A stretch of 64,000 nt of DNA from the human T2T-CHM13v2.0 reference genome, Homo sapiens. Shown piece by piece: positions 13,793 to 29,329 of the stretch (position 1 is the stretch's first letter; every line of letters starts with the position of its first letter). The position numbers and the translations under genes are program-made. The DNA lies in NCBI RefSeq assembly GCF_009914755.1, contig NC_060941.1. The stretch is one strand, 5' to 3'. The notes beneath the pieces are model-generated. The model was not told the origin of the DNA. It did not search any database and was given only the letters and a program-made list of their open reading frames with translations.

Positions 13793-14210
13793 TGGTCTTA
13801 ATGGAAACGAATCTTCTTGTTTGTTTATTTTGTGTCTTCAGTACATTTAATATTAACTCTAAAACTCGTCATCATATCTTATCTTTTTTATTAATAAAAT
13901 CTTAGGGACAACACAAAATTTCTTTTCGTCAACAGCCATTAAAAAATAGCATTTCTTTAAAAACAAAATCAGGAGTTGCTTATAATTGGCAAAGGTAAAA
14001 AACCGAGTGATTGTGTTGACTTTTTAGAGACATAGTCCATGACACAGTAGACTCGGAGACCCCATGTAGTTCCCACTTCTGGAATTAAAGAAGCGGGAGG
14101 CTTTATGCACCCCAATGTGCCCTTAGAAGCCCCAGGATCATGTTATTACATCTTCACCTAAATCTAAAAGCAATTCATTCGAATGTCTCATTATCACAAC
14201 ACACTCTTAC

Positions 14211-14396
14211 CTTTGTTATCAGTAACAGGAAAAATGCTATGCTCTAGAATAGTAACAGAAGATGCATAAGCAAGGTTATAGACTCAGAGCTCTCTTTAGC
14301 ATCATTCATTTGTTCAACATTCTGTCTCGTGCTCCCACAGTTGGTGTGATACTCCATTCATGGGTCTATCTGGGTCAGCAGAAGTCTAGTACGGCT
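14211..14396 (-). other. Candidate internal non-coding exon (186 nt)
   Basis: Minus strand ctcacttgcttatttcattactcag|AGCCG...ACAAAG|gtaaga; stop codons in all three frames. Confidence 0.3.
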
Positions 14397-15142
14397 CTGA
14401 GTAATGAAATAAGCAAGTGAGGGACAATTGTATCTCTTCCTGGAAGCTTATCAATGTCACTTACATTCACCTTTACAAACTCCAGACCAAACAACTCATG
14501 ATGCAGATATCTAAAAACCAGAGCAGTGGTGATCTCTTTCCTAAGTCTCTTCCCAACCTCTTATAGTTTTGTTTCTCTTTGGTAGATGTTTCCTGATTCT
14601 TGAACAACGTTCCACAGTGTTGAAATCTTCAGTGACTTACAGAATGATGGGCTTTTGTCAGAACATTCATTTCTTTGCAGCCCCAACTACAAACTATGTC
14701 AGATGATGGAGACGCTTTTTCCCCATGTTTCTTAGTGCGTTGGAAATGTCTAGCTCTTGACTTTGCTATAGTGTCCACTTTTTCCGAAACTAAAAATCCC
14801 CATCTTTGCTTCATCATCAGTCTACTAATTAAAAGTTTCAACTATCTAGGCAATCACACTTTTCTGGGAGTACATCATATAAAGCTCTGACTTAAAACAC
14901 TCGATTCTAAAAACTTCAACTTCATTTGCTCCTTAAGATCATGGTGTATTCTGCAACTTTCCAACAGCAACTATATCTGCCAAATAAGTGAAGGAGTGGG
15001 AAACCTCTTTATTTAGGCTGAAGCCAACAGAAGAATAATTTACATATAGTTGCTTGTAAAATAAAAGAAAACAGGTTTGAGCAGAATTGAAATAATATAA
15101 TAGTATCATTTTATGCATACTTAAAAATATCTCCTTAAGTAG

Positions 15143-15430
<288 letters not shown>

Positions 15431-16099
15431 TTATGTAGATTTTTAAATGCATAAAAACAATAGATTGGTGACTGCTAATACATTCGCCCTATTGCTCAAA
15501 GTCCTGGCTACTAAATTAAGGATATAATTCATGTGATATTTTATGTTTAATTCACAACTTAAAATTTTGCATTAGACATTTGTGTTTGTTTCAAATCTTC
15601 AGGGAGCCAAAGGCTTTCTGGCCCTGCCTCTTCACTCAGGCCTCAAACTTCACTTCCACAGATGTGCCTAAAGCGATTTGAAGGATCTGTCATACCATAC
15701 TCCTAATGAAAAGCAAATTAGAGAAGGTGTGGCCTTCCACGGCTCCTTGCAGGTTGCCTGCATATTAATGAAAACAGATCTTTTTGACACCAAAAGGCAG
15801 CTTACTTCAAGTCTCCGGTCTTGTTCCCTCCAGATTCCTTCAGGCTGTCAGACTTGCAATTTGACAAAACAAAGCTAGGCTGAATATTAACGTTTCCTTT
15901 CTCCTCCTTTATCTGAACCAACATTTTGGAAAAAGATTCAAAATGGTTTCTGACATCATCTCATTGCTCAATATTGAACAACCATTTACATGAAACTGAA
16001 AGTAAATTTCAGTTTCAAAGAAAAGGACTGTTTGGGGTATAAGAGCAAATTTTATAAAATGTTGAATTCACCTTTCACAAAGACTCAGAATGATACTCT

Positions 16100-17300
<1,201 letters not shown>

Positions 17301-17334
17301 TTCAGAGAGAACATACAATAAAAGACTACAAAAT

Positions 17335-17440
17335 TTTATATATTATTTTATTACATATAAAATGATATATAATTATAACATTAAATTGTATAACATATAT
17401 ATTAAATTATATAATATATAATTTAACATATACAATAAAA
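17335..17440. repeat. AT-rich (TA)-type low complexity
   Basis: Almost pure A/T with tata/atat motifs. Confidence 0.8.
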
Positions 17441-17793
17441 TACATTTTCGCAACAGAGGCCACATAAACAGCTTTATCCTTATTAAGTACAGAGAAAAAT
17501 GCATTCATATTATATTGCACTTATCTGAATATTTGCTTACAAGCAACAAAATTCATATTTGACTAACTTAGGTGGACAATAAAGTTATTGCAAGGATTTT
17601 AGGTAGTTCTCATCATTGACAGAAAGATGGTAGAAGTCAATTACACATGTTCCTTGCCGATACTGTGTTTTCACAAATTGAAGGTTTGTGGCAATCCTTT
17701 GTTGAGCAAGTCTGTTAGCGCTATTTTTCCAATACCATGTGCTCACTTTGTGCCTCTGAGTCACATTTTGATAATTCCTATTTAGAGCTTTTT

Positions 17794-19378
17794 TTCTTTT
17801 TTAAAAAAACTTTTAGTTTCAGGAGTACACATGCAGGTTTGTTAAATAGATAAACTCACGTCACGGGAGTTTGTTGTACAGATTATTTCATCACCCAAGT
17901 AGTAAGCCTAGTACCCCATAGTTATTTTTCTGTTCCTCTCCCTCCTCTTAACCTCCACCCTTAAGTAGGCCCCAGTGTCTGTGGTTTCCTTCTTTGTGTT
18001 CATTAGTTGTTATCCTTTAGCTCCCACTTACCAATGAGAACATGTGGTATTTGGTTTTCTGTTGCTGCGTGGGTTTGCTAAGGATGATGGCCTCCAGCTC
18101 CACCCATGTTCCCGCAAAGAACATGATCTTATTCTTTTTTCTGACTGTGCAGTATTCCATAGTGTGTATGTACCACATTTTCTTTATCCAGTCTACCACT
18201 GATGGGTATTTGGGTTGATTCCGTGTCTTTGCTATTGTGAATAGTGCTGCAATGAACATTCTCATGCATGTGTCTTTATGGTAGAATGCTTTATATTACT
18301 GTGGGTATATACCCAGTAATTGAATTGCTGTGTCAAATGGTAGTTCTGCATTCAGTTCTTTGAGGAATTACCATACTGCTTTCCACAATGTTTGAACTAG
18401 CTTATGCTTCCACCAACAGTGTGTAAGGGTTCCCTTTTCTCCACAACCTGGCTGGCATCTGTTATTTTTTGACCTTTTAATAGTAGCCATTTTGACTGGT
18501 GTAAGATGGTATCTCATTGTGGTTTTGTTTTATATTTCTCTAATGATCAGTGATAGTGTCCTTTTTTTCCCTATGCTTGTTGGCCACATGTGTGTCTTCT
18601 TTTGAGAAGTGTCTGTTCATGTCCTTTGCCCACTTTTTAATGGGGTTGGTTTTCTTTTGTAAATTTGTTTAAGTTTGCTATAGATGCTGGATATTAGATC
18701 TTTTTCAGATGTATGGTTTGCAAATCTTTTCTCCCTTTGTCCCTTTACTCTGTTGGCAGCTTCTTTTGCTGTACAGAAGCTCTTAAGTTTAAGTATATCT
18801 CATTTATCAATTTTTGCTTTTGTTACAATTGCTTTTGGTGTCTTCATCATGAAATCTTCATCAGTTGCTATGTCCAGAATGATACTGCCTAGGCTTTCTT
18901 CTAGGATTGTCATAGTTTCAGGTTTTACGTTTAAGTCTTTAATCCATCTCGAGTTCATTTTTGTGCAGGTGTAAGGAAGGGATCCAGTTTCATTCTTTTG
19001 CATATGCCTATCTAGTTATCCCAGCACTATTTATTGAATAGAGGCTCCTTCCCTCATTGCTTGTTTTTGTCAGCTTTGTTGAAAATCATACGGTTGTAGG
19101 TGTGTGGCCTTATTTCTGGGCTCTGTATTCTGTTCCATTGGTCTATGTGTCTGTTTTGTACCAGTACCATATTGTTTCAGTTACTGTAGCCCTGTAGTAT
19201 AGTTTCAAGTCGAGTAATGTGATGCCTCCAGATTTGTTCTTTTTGCTTAGGATTGCCTTGGCTATCCAGGCTCTTCTTTGGTTCCATTTGAATTTTAAGA
19301 TAGTTTTTTTTTTTTCTAGCTCTGTGAAGAATATCATTGGTAGTTTGATGGGAATAGCATTGACTCTGTAAATTGCTT
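17794..19378 (-). mobile_element. L1PA13-16-type 3' fragment (about 1.6 kb) inside Tigger1
   Basis: Antisense 3'UTR ttgtacagattatttcatcaccca; ORF2 C-terminal peptides ([24 protein letters not shown]); TSD gagcttttt on both sides. Confidence 0.93.
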
Positions 19379-19624
19379 GAGCTTTTTCGTTATGATTATA
19401 TCCATTATGGTAATCTGTGATCAGAGATCTTTGATCTTGTTATAGTAATTGTTTTGAGGTGCCACAAACCCTACCCATGTAAGACAGTGACCTTAATTGA
19501 CCAATGTTGTATGTGTTCTAACTGCTCCAATCACTGCCTGTTTCTCCATCTTTCTCCCTCTCCTTGGGCCTCCCTATTTCCAGAAATAAAACAATATTGA
19601 AATTTGGCTAATTAATAACTCTAC

Positions 19625-21210
19625 AATGGCCTGTAAGTATTCAAGTGAAAGGAAGAGTCGCTTGCCTCTCACTTTAAATCAAAAGCTAGAAGTGATTAAA
19701 CTTAGGGAGGAAGGCCTGTCAGAAGCTGAGATAGGCCAAAAGCTAGGCCTCCTGCACTAGTTTGAAAATTTGTGAATGCAAAGAAAATATTCTTAAAGGA
19801 AATTAAAAATGCCACTCTAATGAACAAACAATTGATAAGAAAAGGAAACAGCTTTATTGCTGATGTGGAGAAAGTTTGAGTGGTCTGGATAGCAGATAAA
19901 ACCAGCTACCACACCCCCTAAAATGAAAGCCTAATTCAGAGCATGGTCCTAACTCTATTAAATTCTATGAAGACCTAAAGAGGTGAAGAAGCTGCAGAAG
20001 AAAAGTTTGAAGCTGGCAAGTGTTGGTTCATAAAATTTATGAAACTGTTTCTACAACATAAAAGTGCAAGGTGAAGCAGCAGGTACTAATGTAGAAGGTG
20101 CAGTAAGTTATTCAGAAAATCTAGCTAAGATAGTTGATGGAAGTGGGTACACTAAAAAAACAAATTTTCAAAGTAGGTAAAACAGCATAATATTAGAAGA
20201 GATACCATCTAGGACTTTCACAACTAGAGATGAGAAGTCAATACCTGGCTTCAAAGCTTCAATACACAGGGCGAGTCTTTTCTTAAGGGGTAAGCACAGC
20301 TTGTGACCTTTAAGTTGAAGCCGATACCCATTTAGCAAATCCAAGGGTCTAAATTTACTCTGCCTGTGCTCATAAGTGCAACAACAAAGCCTGGAGGACA
20401 GCATATCTGTTTACATCATGGCTTGCTGAATATTTTAAGCCCATTGTTTGGAGCTACTGCTCTGAAAAAGAAGATTTGTTTCAAAATATTACTGCTTCTT
20501 GACCATGTACCCGGTCACTTAAGAGGTCTGCTGCCAATATACAAGGAGATGAATGTTGTTTCTACTTCTGCTAATACAATATTCACTTTGAAGCCTATTG
20601 TCAAAGGATAATTTTGACTTTCAAGTCTTCCTACCTAAAAATAAATTTCATAAGGCTATAGGTGCCATATTCCTCTGATGGACCTGGCCAAAGTAAATTG
20701 AAAATCTTCTGGAAAGGCTTTACCATTCTAGATACCATTAAGAACATTTGTGATTCATGGGAGGAGGATAAAATATCAACCTTAGCAGGAGCTTTGAAGA
20801 AGTTGATTCCAACCCTCATGGATGACTCTGAGGAGTTCGAGACATCAGTGGAGGAAGTAACAGCAGATGTGATGGAACTAGCAAGAGAACTAGAATTAGA
20901 AGTGGAGGCTGAAGACGTGGCTGAATTTCTGCAATCTCCTGATAAAATTGTAATGGATAGGAGTTGCTTCTTATGAATAAGCAGAGAGTTTTTTGAGGTG
21001 GAATCCACTCCTGTGAACATTATGGAAATAACAAAAAAGAACTTAAAATATTACATAAACTTCTTAGTTAATAAAGCTGTGGCAAGGTTTGAGAGGATTG
21101 ATTCCAACTTGAAAATTAGTTGTACTGTGGGTAAAATGCTATCAAACATGCATTTCGGAAAGGAAGAGTCAATCAATGCAGTAAACTTTATTGTTGTCTT
21201 ATTTTAAGAA
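19625..21210 (+). pseudogene. Disrupted Tigger1 (pogo-family DDE) transposase
   Basis: Fragments such as GQSKLKIFWKGFTILDTIKNICDSWEE...ARELELEVEAEDVAEFLQS lie in shifting frames with stops. Confidence 0.85.
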
Positions 21211-22859
21211 ACTGTCACAGCCATGCAAACTTTCAGCAGCCCCTTCTCTCATCAATCAGCAGCCATCAACAATGGGGCATGACCTGCACCAGCAAAAGGT
21301 TATGACTCAATAATAGCTTTGAAGATTGTTAGCATTTTTAGCAATGAAATATTTTTAACCAAAGTATGTACATTGTTTAGATATAATGCTATTGCACACT
21401 TAATAGACTATGGTGTAGTACAAACATAACTTTTAGATGCACTGGGAAACCAAAAAATTTGTGTGACTTGTTTGTTGTGATATTTGCTTTATTGAGGTGG
21501 TCTGGGCCTGAACCCACAATATCTCTGAGGTATGCCCGCATGACCAATGCCATGACATGTCATGAGATGATTTGGACACCTCCCCCAGATCATCATCCCA
21601 TGGCATTTGCCAGCTTGGTTGGTGCCATTGCCCCTGATACCGTCATCAGCTGTAGGGTCTTAATTACATTGTAGCCACTAGGAAAAAGCTCTGCCTGAAC
21701 CTGCTTGCTGAGAGAATGAACAAATGTGCAAAGCCCTCAGTAGGGACATTTAACTGGCTAGGGCAAAGACATTTACCTAGCTGCCAGAAAGATTCAGCTA
21801 TCATTGACTCTGCCCTGCACACCCTCTGACTGGGATGTTTCCAATTGGGAAAGGATAAAAGGACGAAATTCTACTCCAGGAAAATGAATATACAGAAGCG
21901 TATATATAAAACTGCACGTTTTTAAGGTAAAATGAATTGGAGTCCTTTGATTAAAAAAAAAGGAAAAAAATATATATCCTATATATTATAATATGTAACC
22001 TATCTATATAGACAGATATATTTAAATCTAGGGCTTTAGAGCAGCAAAAAGTGAGCACTATTCTAGGCATGATGGTTAAACGTATTCTGTGACTCTACAC
22101 CTAGGACCACAGTCACATCTACATTTGGCTTGAAGACCAGACTCAGAGCTGCAAAAATGAATGCTTATGTCTCTAATATAATGAGCCTTCAGATTCAGGT
22201 TAACCTAAAATGACTCTTTTCCCAGTGAATTTTACCTAAATGTCAAAAGTTATGTGTCAGGACTACCTCCAAATATTTTCATTGCCACCCTGATCTGGCT
22301 TAGAGACAAGAACATAACTTATAGAGGCTCCAGTTGCAGTAAACTTACAGTGGATCACTTTTATTTTTATAAGGATTTCCCTGCCAAGTTCTAAAACATG
22401 GAAACTTCTATTAGCATGCTTGAGACGGCACACAGGGCAAGTGTTTGAGCTAATGGTATCCTTCTTGACTTATGCTCCTCCATGCTTTTGGAAATTAAAA
22501 ATGGTCATGATTAGCAACTTTTAAAAATGTTATCTTTATTCCTTTGCCAGATCTTCGAATTTTAAAATATCAAGATAATATCCCTCCAATTATTTTTCTG
22601 TTACTTAGATGATTCTGCAGTTGCCTTATGCCTTTTCTTCCACACATCCGTTACACATTTCAGAGAATCTCATCTCCAAAAGTAATTTATTCTTTTAAAA
22701 TGTAGATTTAAGCCTGATGCCAACCCCTACCCCCAATTAAAAAAAAGTCTTCAGAGTGGGGAATTTCAATATTTTTTATTTTTATTATCAAAACTCAAGA
22801 AAATTGTGTTAACTCATATTAGGGCTATAAGACAGTTTCTGAGATGTGGCTGATGATGG

Positions 22860-23290
22860 TTTATTCATTATTCTACAAATATTTATTGAATTGCCACTGT
22901 GTCATATATACTTCTAAGTACTGAAACACATCGTTGTACAATAAAAGATAAAAATCCCTGCTTTTATGCAGCTTACATTCCAGTAAAGGAAAAAAATAAA
23001 ATGACCAAATTATACAGCATGTTGCAATATGTTAATTGATACGGATAAAAACAACGAAGAGAAAAAGTTTAAGGGAAGAGATTTTTACACTTTTAAACAA
23101 AGTGATTATGAAGGCCTTACTTTAAAAGCAACTTTAACACATGGACTTGAAGAATATGAGAGAGAGTGCCTGCTTTGTCTGGGGAAGGAGCTGTCTGGAC
23201 AGAAGAAATAGGAAGCTTATGGAAAGACTAGAAAGAAGAATAGCTGAGGACCAGTGAAGCATTAGAACAGTGAACAGAGCAGGTGAGTGA
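22860..23290 (-). mobile_element. L2 3' fragment
   Basis: ttcattattctacaaatatttattgaa...aaaatccctgcttttatgcagcttacattccag. Confidence 0.75.
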
Positions 23291-23819
23291 TGATGATGAC
23301 GGATCCAAAAAATTGTCAATGTGTTTTGGTTCAGAAATTATCATGTGGTTTCCAATACCAAGGAATCTGGTACAGGTTAAATTTCTGTGTTAAACTTAGC
23401 AGAGAAGAGGCTTTAAATCAAAGAGGAATCCTCCAGCTGTTATATCCAAGGATGAGATGGTGCCTTGAATACGGTAGACCTAAATAAACGTGTACTGCAG
23501 TATCTAAAATGAGGCTCTATGTGCACAATGCAAAGTAAGAAACTGACAGAAAAAAAGTGCACGTGTGTGTGTGTATAATGCTCACAGTTTTTTTCAGATG
23601 ATCGTAATAGTTTTGGATATACAAATTCTGAAGCACAAACATCAGTGCTGGTTTACCGTGCATAATGAAGGGGAGATGATTTGATATTTGGAGTGAGTAG
23701 TGTCTAACCAATATTCTGGAAAAGTAGTCTGAGGCTTGAGGGAAAGGTCTGAGGGATATATGCCTGGTGCTGCCCTAAGAATTTGCAAAAGATACATGCC
23801 CAGTAAAAAATTCAGTTGC

Positions 23820-23986
23820 CTCGGTGTGTGATGTTTAGGACAAATGCCTAATGCATGCGGGGCTTAAAACCTAGATGACGGTTGATGGGTGCGGCAAACC
23901 ACCATGGCAGATGTATACCTATGTAACAAACCTGCAAGTTCTGCACACGTATCCCAGAACTTAAAGTATAATTAAAAAGTAAAGAT
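23820..23986 (+). mobile_element. L1PA7/8-type 3' fragment with tiny 5' inversion
   Basis: ttaggacaaatgcctaatgcatgcggggcttaaaacctagatgac...cccagaacttaaagtata; TSD aaaa(a/t)ttcagttgc; 23818-23835 is antisense L1. Confidence 0.92.
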
Positions 23987-25292
23987 AAAATTTCAGTTGC
24001 AAATTGAAATAAAACGGAAACAGTTCACACAGTCTTTACTCTTAATTTAGTAGCAACACTTTCTCTCATCCAAGAGTGTAACTGTGTCAGCATTAATCTA
24101 CCCTGTGTAGCAGGTGTCAATAAATGGTTGTTTAATTAATTAACCTGGTTTTGCCATGCCCAGGGAAAGTTCTTTGGGACGCTGAGTTCCACACAACAAA
24201 CAACCCTGTCTTGTTCTATGCTTCCAAACAAAAGCTTTCTGTTAAGGATGGGGACTTTGCCAAATTGAGAGCTCCCGTTAGTTTTTCTTCTTGGTTTTAT
24301 GAGCCCATGACCCATCTTGATTCTTTCTTGCCTGATGAGGTTTTGATAGACTATAGATTGGCTTACCTGACCTAGAAACTTGTGATTTTTACTCTGGTAG
24401 ATATCCATACCAACCTAAGGGGCCTAAATCCATGCCAACCCTTGATGCCCTGATACTGGATCCTACATAAAAAGAGAGTTTGAACCCAGTATTTCTAAGA
24501 TCCTGATGTTTCAAAAACAATGCTACTTTATCTTATGAATCATTTATCACTTGCTCCTTCAGGCAGGTAAATATAATGAGGCTGACGGCAGCCAAGGCCA
24601 TGCTGCTCATCATACACAATCATGTCAACCTGCTGTGAAAGTCTGTGCCATTTTCCCTCCATCACATCTGTCTTGTTCTCTTTGCCGAAAGCTGAGTTAC
24701 TACATCTTGGCTGATTCAGAATTTTGTCTAGTTCTTTCCTTACAGGTTCCCCATTGTCTCTTTGATACTATTTTATACCTAAAATTCCTCTCTATTTGTT
24801 TAATGCAAATCAGAAACCTAAGGCAAGGGACAGCTGGTCACCAAAATACATTAAATTCCTATCACTCAGGAGGTGCTGGGCTATGTCCCCAGTGTCCATC
24901 CCTCTATGTTACCTATACAAAACTATACATTAAATATCTTGGAGATATTTATGAATGATTACATGAGAAACAGAGATAATATATGTTCATATATTGTTGT
25001 GTTGGAGCTGATAATTGATAGAGCAGAGGTTGGACAAATATTAACATCTTTCTGGCCTCGGTCTTTGATTTGTTCACTATGTTACTATCTTCCTCCCTGA
25101 ATTATTCCAGTTTTCTGAAGACTTTGTTAGGTTTGATGCTGTTTATTACAACAGAGAAAGTCCTCTAGCTGGCAGAGCACCTTTTCCTTGAATATGTCTG
25201 GGAGTTCAGGGTGGAGAATTGTTAAGTGATTCTTGTGTTGTGGTCGCAGTGATGTTGGAACACCTGCTCAGCATCAAAGTCCTCATTACCAA

Positions 25293-25560
25293 ATTTTCTT
25301 TTTCTTTTTTTTTTTTTTTTTTTGGTATACAAATTTAAGTTTTAATTCAGTTAGAATGACGAATTTAAACTTCTGTTTTTATTATTTGGTTTAATGATAT
25401 TCTTAAATAGAAATTTTCACTTAGAGTTTATTTTAAAACATCACCTGTATTTGCTCTTATTTCATTAAATGATTTCTATTTGAATTTAACTGTTTGGCAT
25501 ATGGAGTGAGGTAGGAATTCAAACTTTTTAAAAAATTGTACATATTGACTTTCTAAACAA
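25293..25560 (-). mobile_element. Poly-T tract plus decayed old L1M fragment
   Basis: tgtttggcatatggagtgaggtaggaattcaaacttttt resembles antisense L1M ORF2. Confidence 0.4.
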
Positions 25561-28068
25561 TTATCCTCAAAATCTAAGGGCTTACAACCAGTACAGTACT
25601 CTCTCAACAAGCTATATTTTAGGGTGGATAACCTCACAAAGTCTTTTTGTGAATATTTATTTTATATTTAACAAATATAACTATACAAGTATATATAACT
25701 ACATATACATATATATAATGTAGTTATATTTTACTTTATAATAGGCTTGGGTACATATATATACAAATATGATATTTCATCTATCCACCAAATAGATCAT
25801 TCTTTACTAAAATATGGGTCTTACAAAATGAAAAAGGTAAAATGAATTTATACATAAAATTATAGTCTTATAATTTTATATTTAATGTAGTTAACTAAAA
25901 ATCTGTCAGATATTCTATGTTCAATTATGATTTTTTTTCAAATCTTTTAAGAAAGTTGGTTTCATGGTCTATTTCAGGAACCAACCCAAACAAATATAAA
26001 GTTTAGATAAATGGACCTTATTACTTGAAATGATATATTCTATCCTTTTAAAACAGAGTTGGATACTGTATATACGTTATCTCATCTCACTTAATAACAT
26101 AAACCGACATAACAGAATCTTTTAGTAAAATAACAACCTTTCCAATTCATCATCCAAAATGCAAACTAAAAGCATGTTTTTTTTAGGGTTCACATATAAA
26201 TTGATCTCAAAAGATGATTTTTTAATTTCTAATAATATCCTAATATATTATCCTTCACAAAATCTAAGTGCTCTGTAAAACAGACTTAACAGTTATTCTC
26301 ATCTTACGCTGACAAACTTTCAGAATTTTACATAAAGGTATCTCAAATAATTGAACTAAATTTACCTATTTTCAAGACTTAAAATCAGAATCACTTCTGA
26401 TCATCTGAACTTTTTTTCTTTAGTTGTTTCTCTTTATTAGAAGTGTACTAGGAACTATAGAAAAGAAAAATACCTGCTATGTTACTAATATTTCATGTAT
26501 ACTTCATCTAATATGTAGAAATGTATTAAAACGAATAAGCATCTAATATCCAAGATGAGTTCTGAAAATGAAAGCAAGTCTCTACCCCCCAAAAAATTAA
26601 GCAGATAAACCAAAATTTCCACCCTTTTATGATGTCAGTTTTAACCCTAATAAAATAGATTCCATAATTTGCAGTGCCCTCAGTCAGGTCTTAAGTTTAA
26701 AAAACAGGTAAAATAAGTGAAAATATTTGTATGAATGTTTGCTCAAATAGTTTCTAAAAGAGAAAGCAAAATTACCACTTTATACAGAAATAAATGGTGT
26801 ATTTGACTACATTCTTGCAATTTGAATGGGAAAAAATCATATTACAAAGACTATCTTGAACATCCTTTAAATTGTTTTTTCTTCCTTTTCTTTTCCCAGC
26901 CCTGTGTTTTAAATTAACCAAGAGAAATAAAAGGAAGAACTGGAGGGAAAGCCAGTGCATTGTGACAGCATGATTTTATTTTATGTATGAGTCTGAGTGA
27001 GATTTTAGAAAATGGATACTGTATTTCTTAAATGGGTCTGTGTTGGTCAAAGACCATTAGGCAACTTTGGAAGATTCCACAGGGACACCTGGGGCCAGAC
27101 ATTGCAATCCCAATGGACTGAGTCCACTGTTTGTCTTTCTGCATGGAGAATTAATAAATGTATCAATCTTCTACCAGTGGCCCTGAACTAGGGAACATAA
27201 AGGAAATAGAACAAGTGGGAACAAAATTGCACGTGTGCCTTTTCCTTCCCCCACCTCCTGATCTTCACTTTTCTGTGTGTTGAACTTATTTTCCCTTCAG
27301 ATTTTTTCACATTATTCTTTTTTTCTATGTTATTAGTTATGTCTCTTAGCATTCCTGGCTGCATTGCACTTTGTCTGCCTTAAAATGATGTCTCCTAACC
27401 TGGACAGGGGCTATAATTTAATGAAGTTGGCCACCTTTGCATACCTTCTGCTCAGAAGATCAGTCGGTGGCCTTGAAGTGTCAGATTTCATTAAATGATT
27501 TTAGTTTCAAGGAGAAAAAAATTCAATGGAAAGTTAAGGAAACCAGTCAGGAAATATGCATGGTGCCAACAGCTTCAGAGCACAGGATTCCAAAAGTCAT
27601 TTTAACATTTCTGAACTGATAAGCTAATTAATTATTAAAACAGAAACACTCCTAGGATACCTATGACCAAGGTTATAAATACACCCCTTTCAATTCCTCT
27701 TTCTTTTTCTTAACTGCAAAATGTTGCCTTTAAATTGCACCACGGTGATTCTAAGAAGTCAATTAGAAAGGTTTCAAATCACAGCAGTTAGAGGAGCTAA
27801 GAGGAAACATAAATTGCATTACCAAAAAAAGGGAGCCGAGAGCTTACAAGATTTTTAACGTTTTATTTTTTGCTTTATATCAACTGGTCTAAAGCACAAC
27901 TGAAGCAAAATTTAGAAACATTGTGACTGGTTTTCTTTTTATAGCAATAGAACTTTCTCTCCACCACTTTGCTTAAAACCACAGTAGTTGCTTCATCATT
28001 CCTTTAAAAAACAGCTGGAGGGTAAGGGTAATGATAGTGACTATACAACAAATCAAACATTTCTGTGA

Positions 28069-28896
<828 letters not shown>

Positions 28897-29329
28897 GGAT
28901 TACAGGCGCCCGCCACCATGCGTAGCTAATTTTTGTACGTTTTTAGTAAAAATGGGGTTTCACCACGTTGGCCAACTACGTCTCGAGCTCCTGCCCTTGT
29001 GATCTGCCTACCTTGGCCTCCCAAAGTGCTGGGATTACAGGCATGAGCCGCCACGCCTGGCCAGGTTTGTCTTCTTAAAATTCCCTTTTGGGACTCTGTT
29101 TTTCTTTAGGTAAATGCAGTGGTTAGTCATTTAGGTGAGAAAAGAGGTGCCAGATGAGACAAAGGCAGGAGCAGAACAAATCCAAGAGATGACTTGCGCT
29201 GCATCAGAAAATATTTGTGTATTCTGTTGTCCTCCTGAAGGGAGGGGAAAAGCAAGCTAATTATCCATATTAGAACCTAGAGGTCAAGTTTATTGAAATG
29301 AGCAAGGGACTTTGAAGCACAGAACTGGT

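Larger units (their letters stand above)
17644..21538 (+). mobile_element. Tigger1 DNA transposon, near full length, interrupted by L1
   Basis: 5' part gatactgtgttttcacaaattgaaggtttgtggcaat; resumes at about 19380; 3' end aatatctctgaggtatgcccg; ORFs 20366-21207 translate as Tigger1 transposase pieces. Confidence 0.95.

Noticed and set aside
18017-19337. Reverse-transcriptase-related ORFs (also 35705, 45496, 55164)
   Set aside because: Broken 3' ends of 5'-truncated L1 ORF2; not retrotransposition-competent
20366-21207. TIGD1-like transposase gene
   Set aside because: Frameshifted fragments inside a Tigger1 fossil
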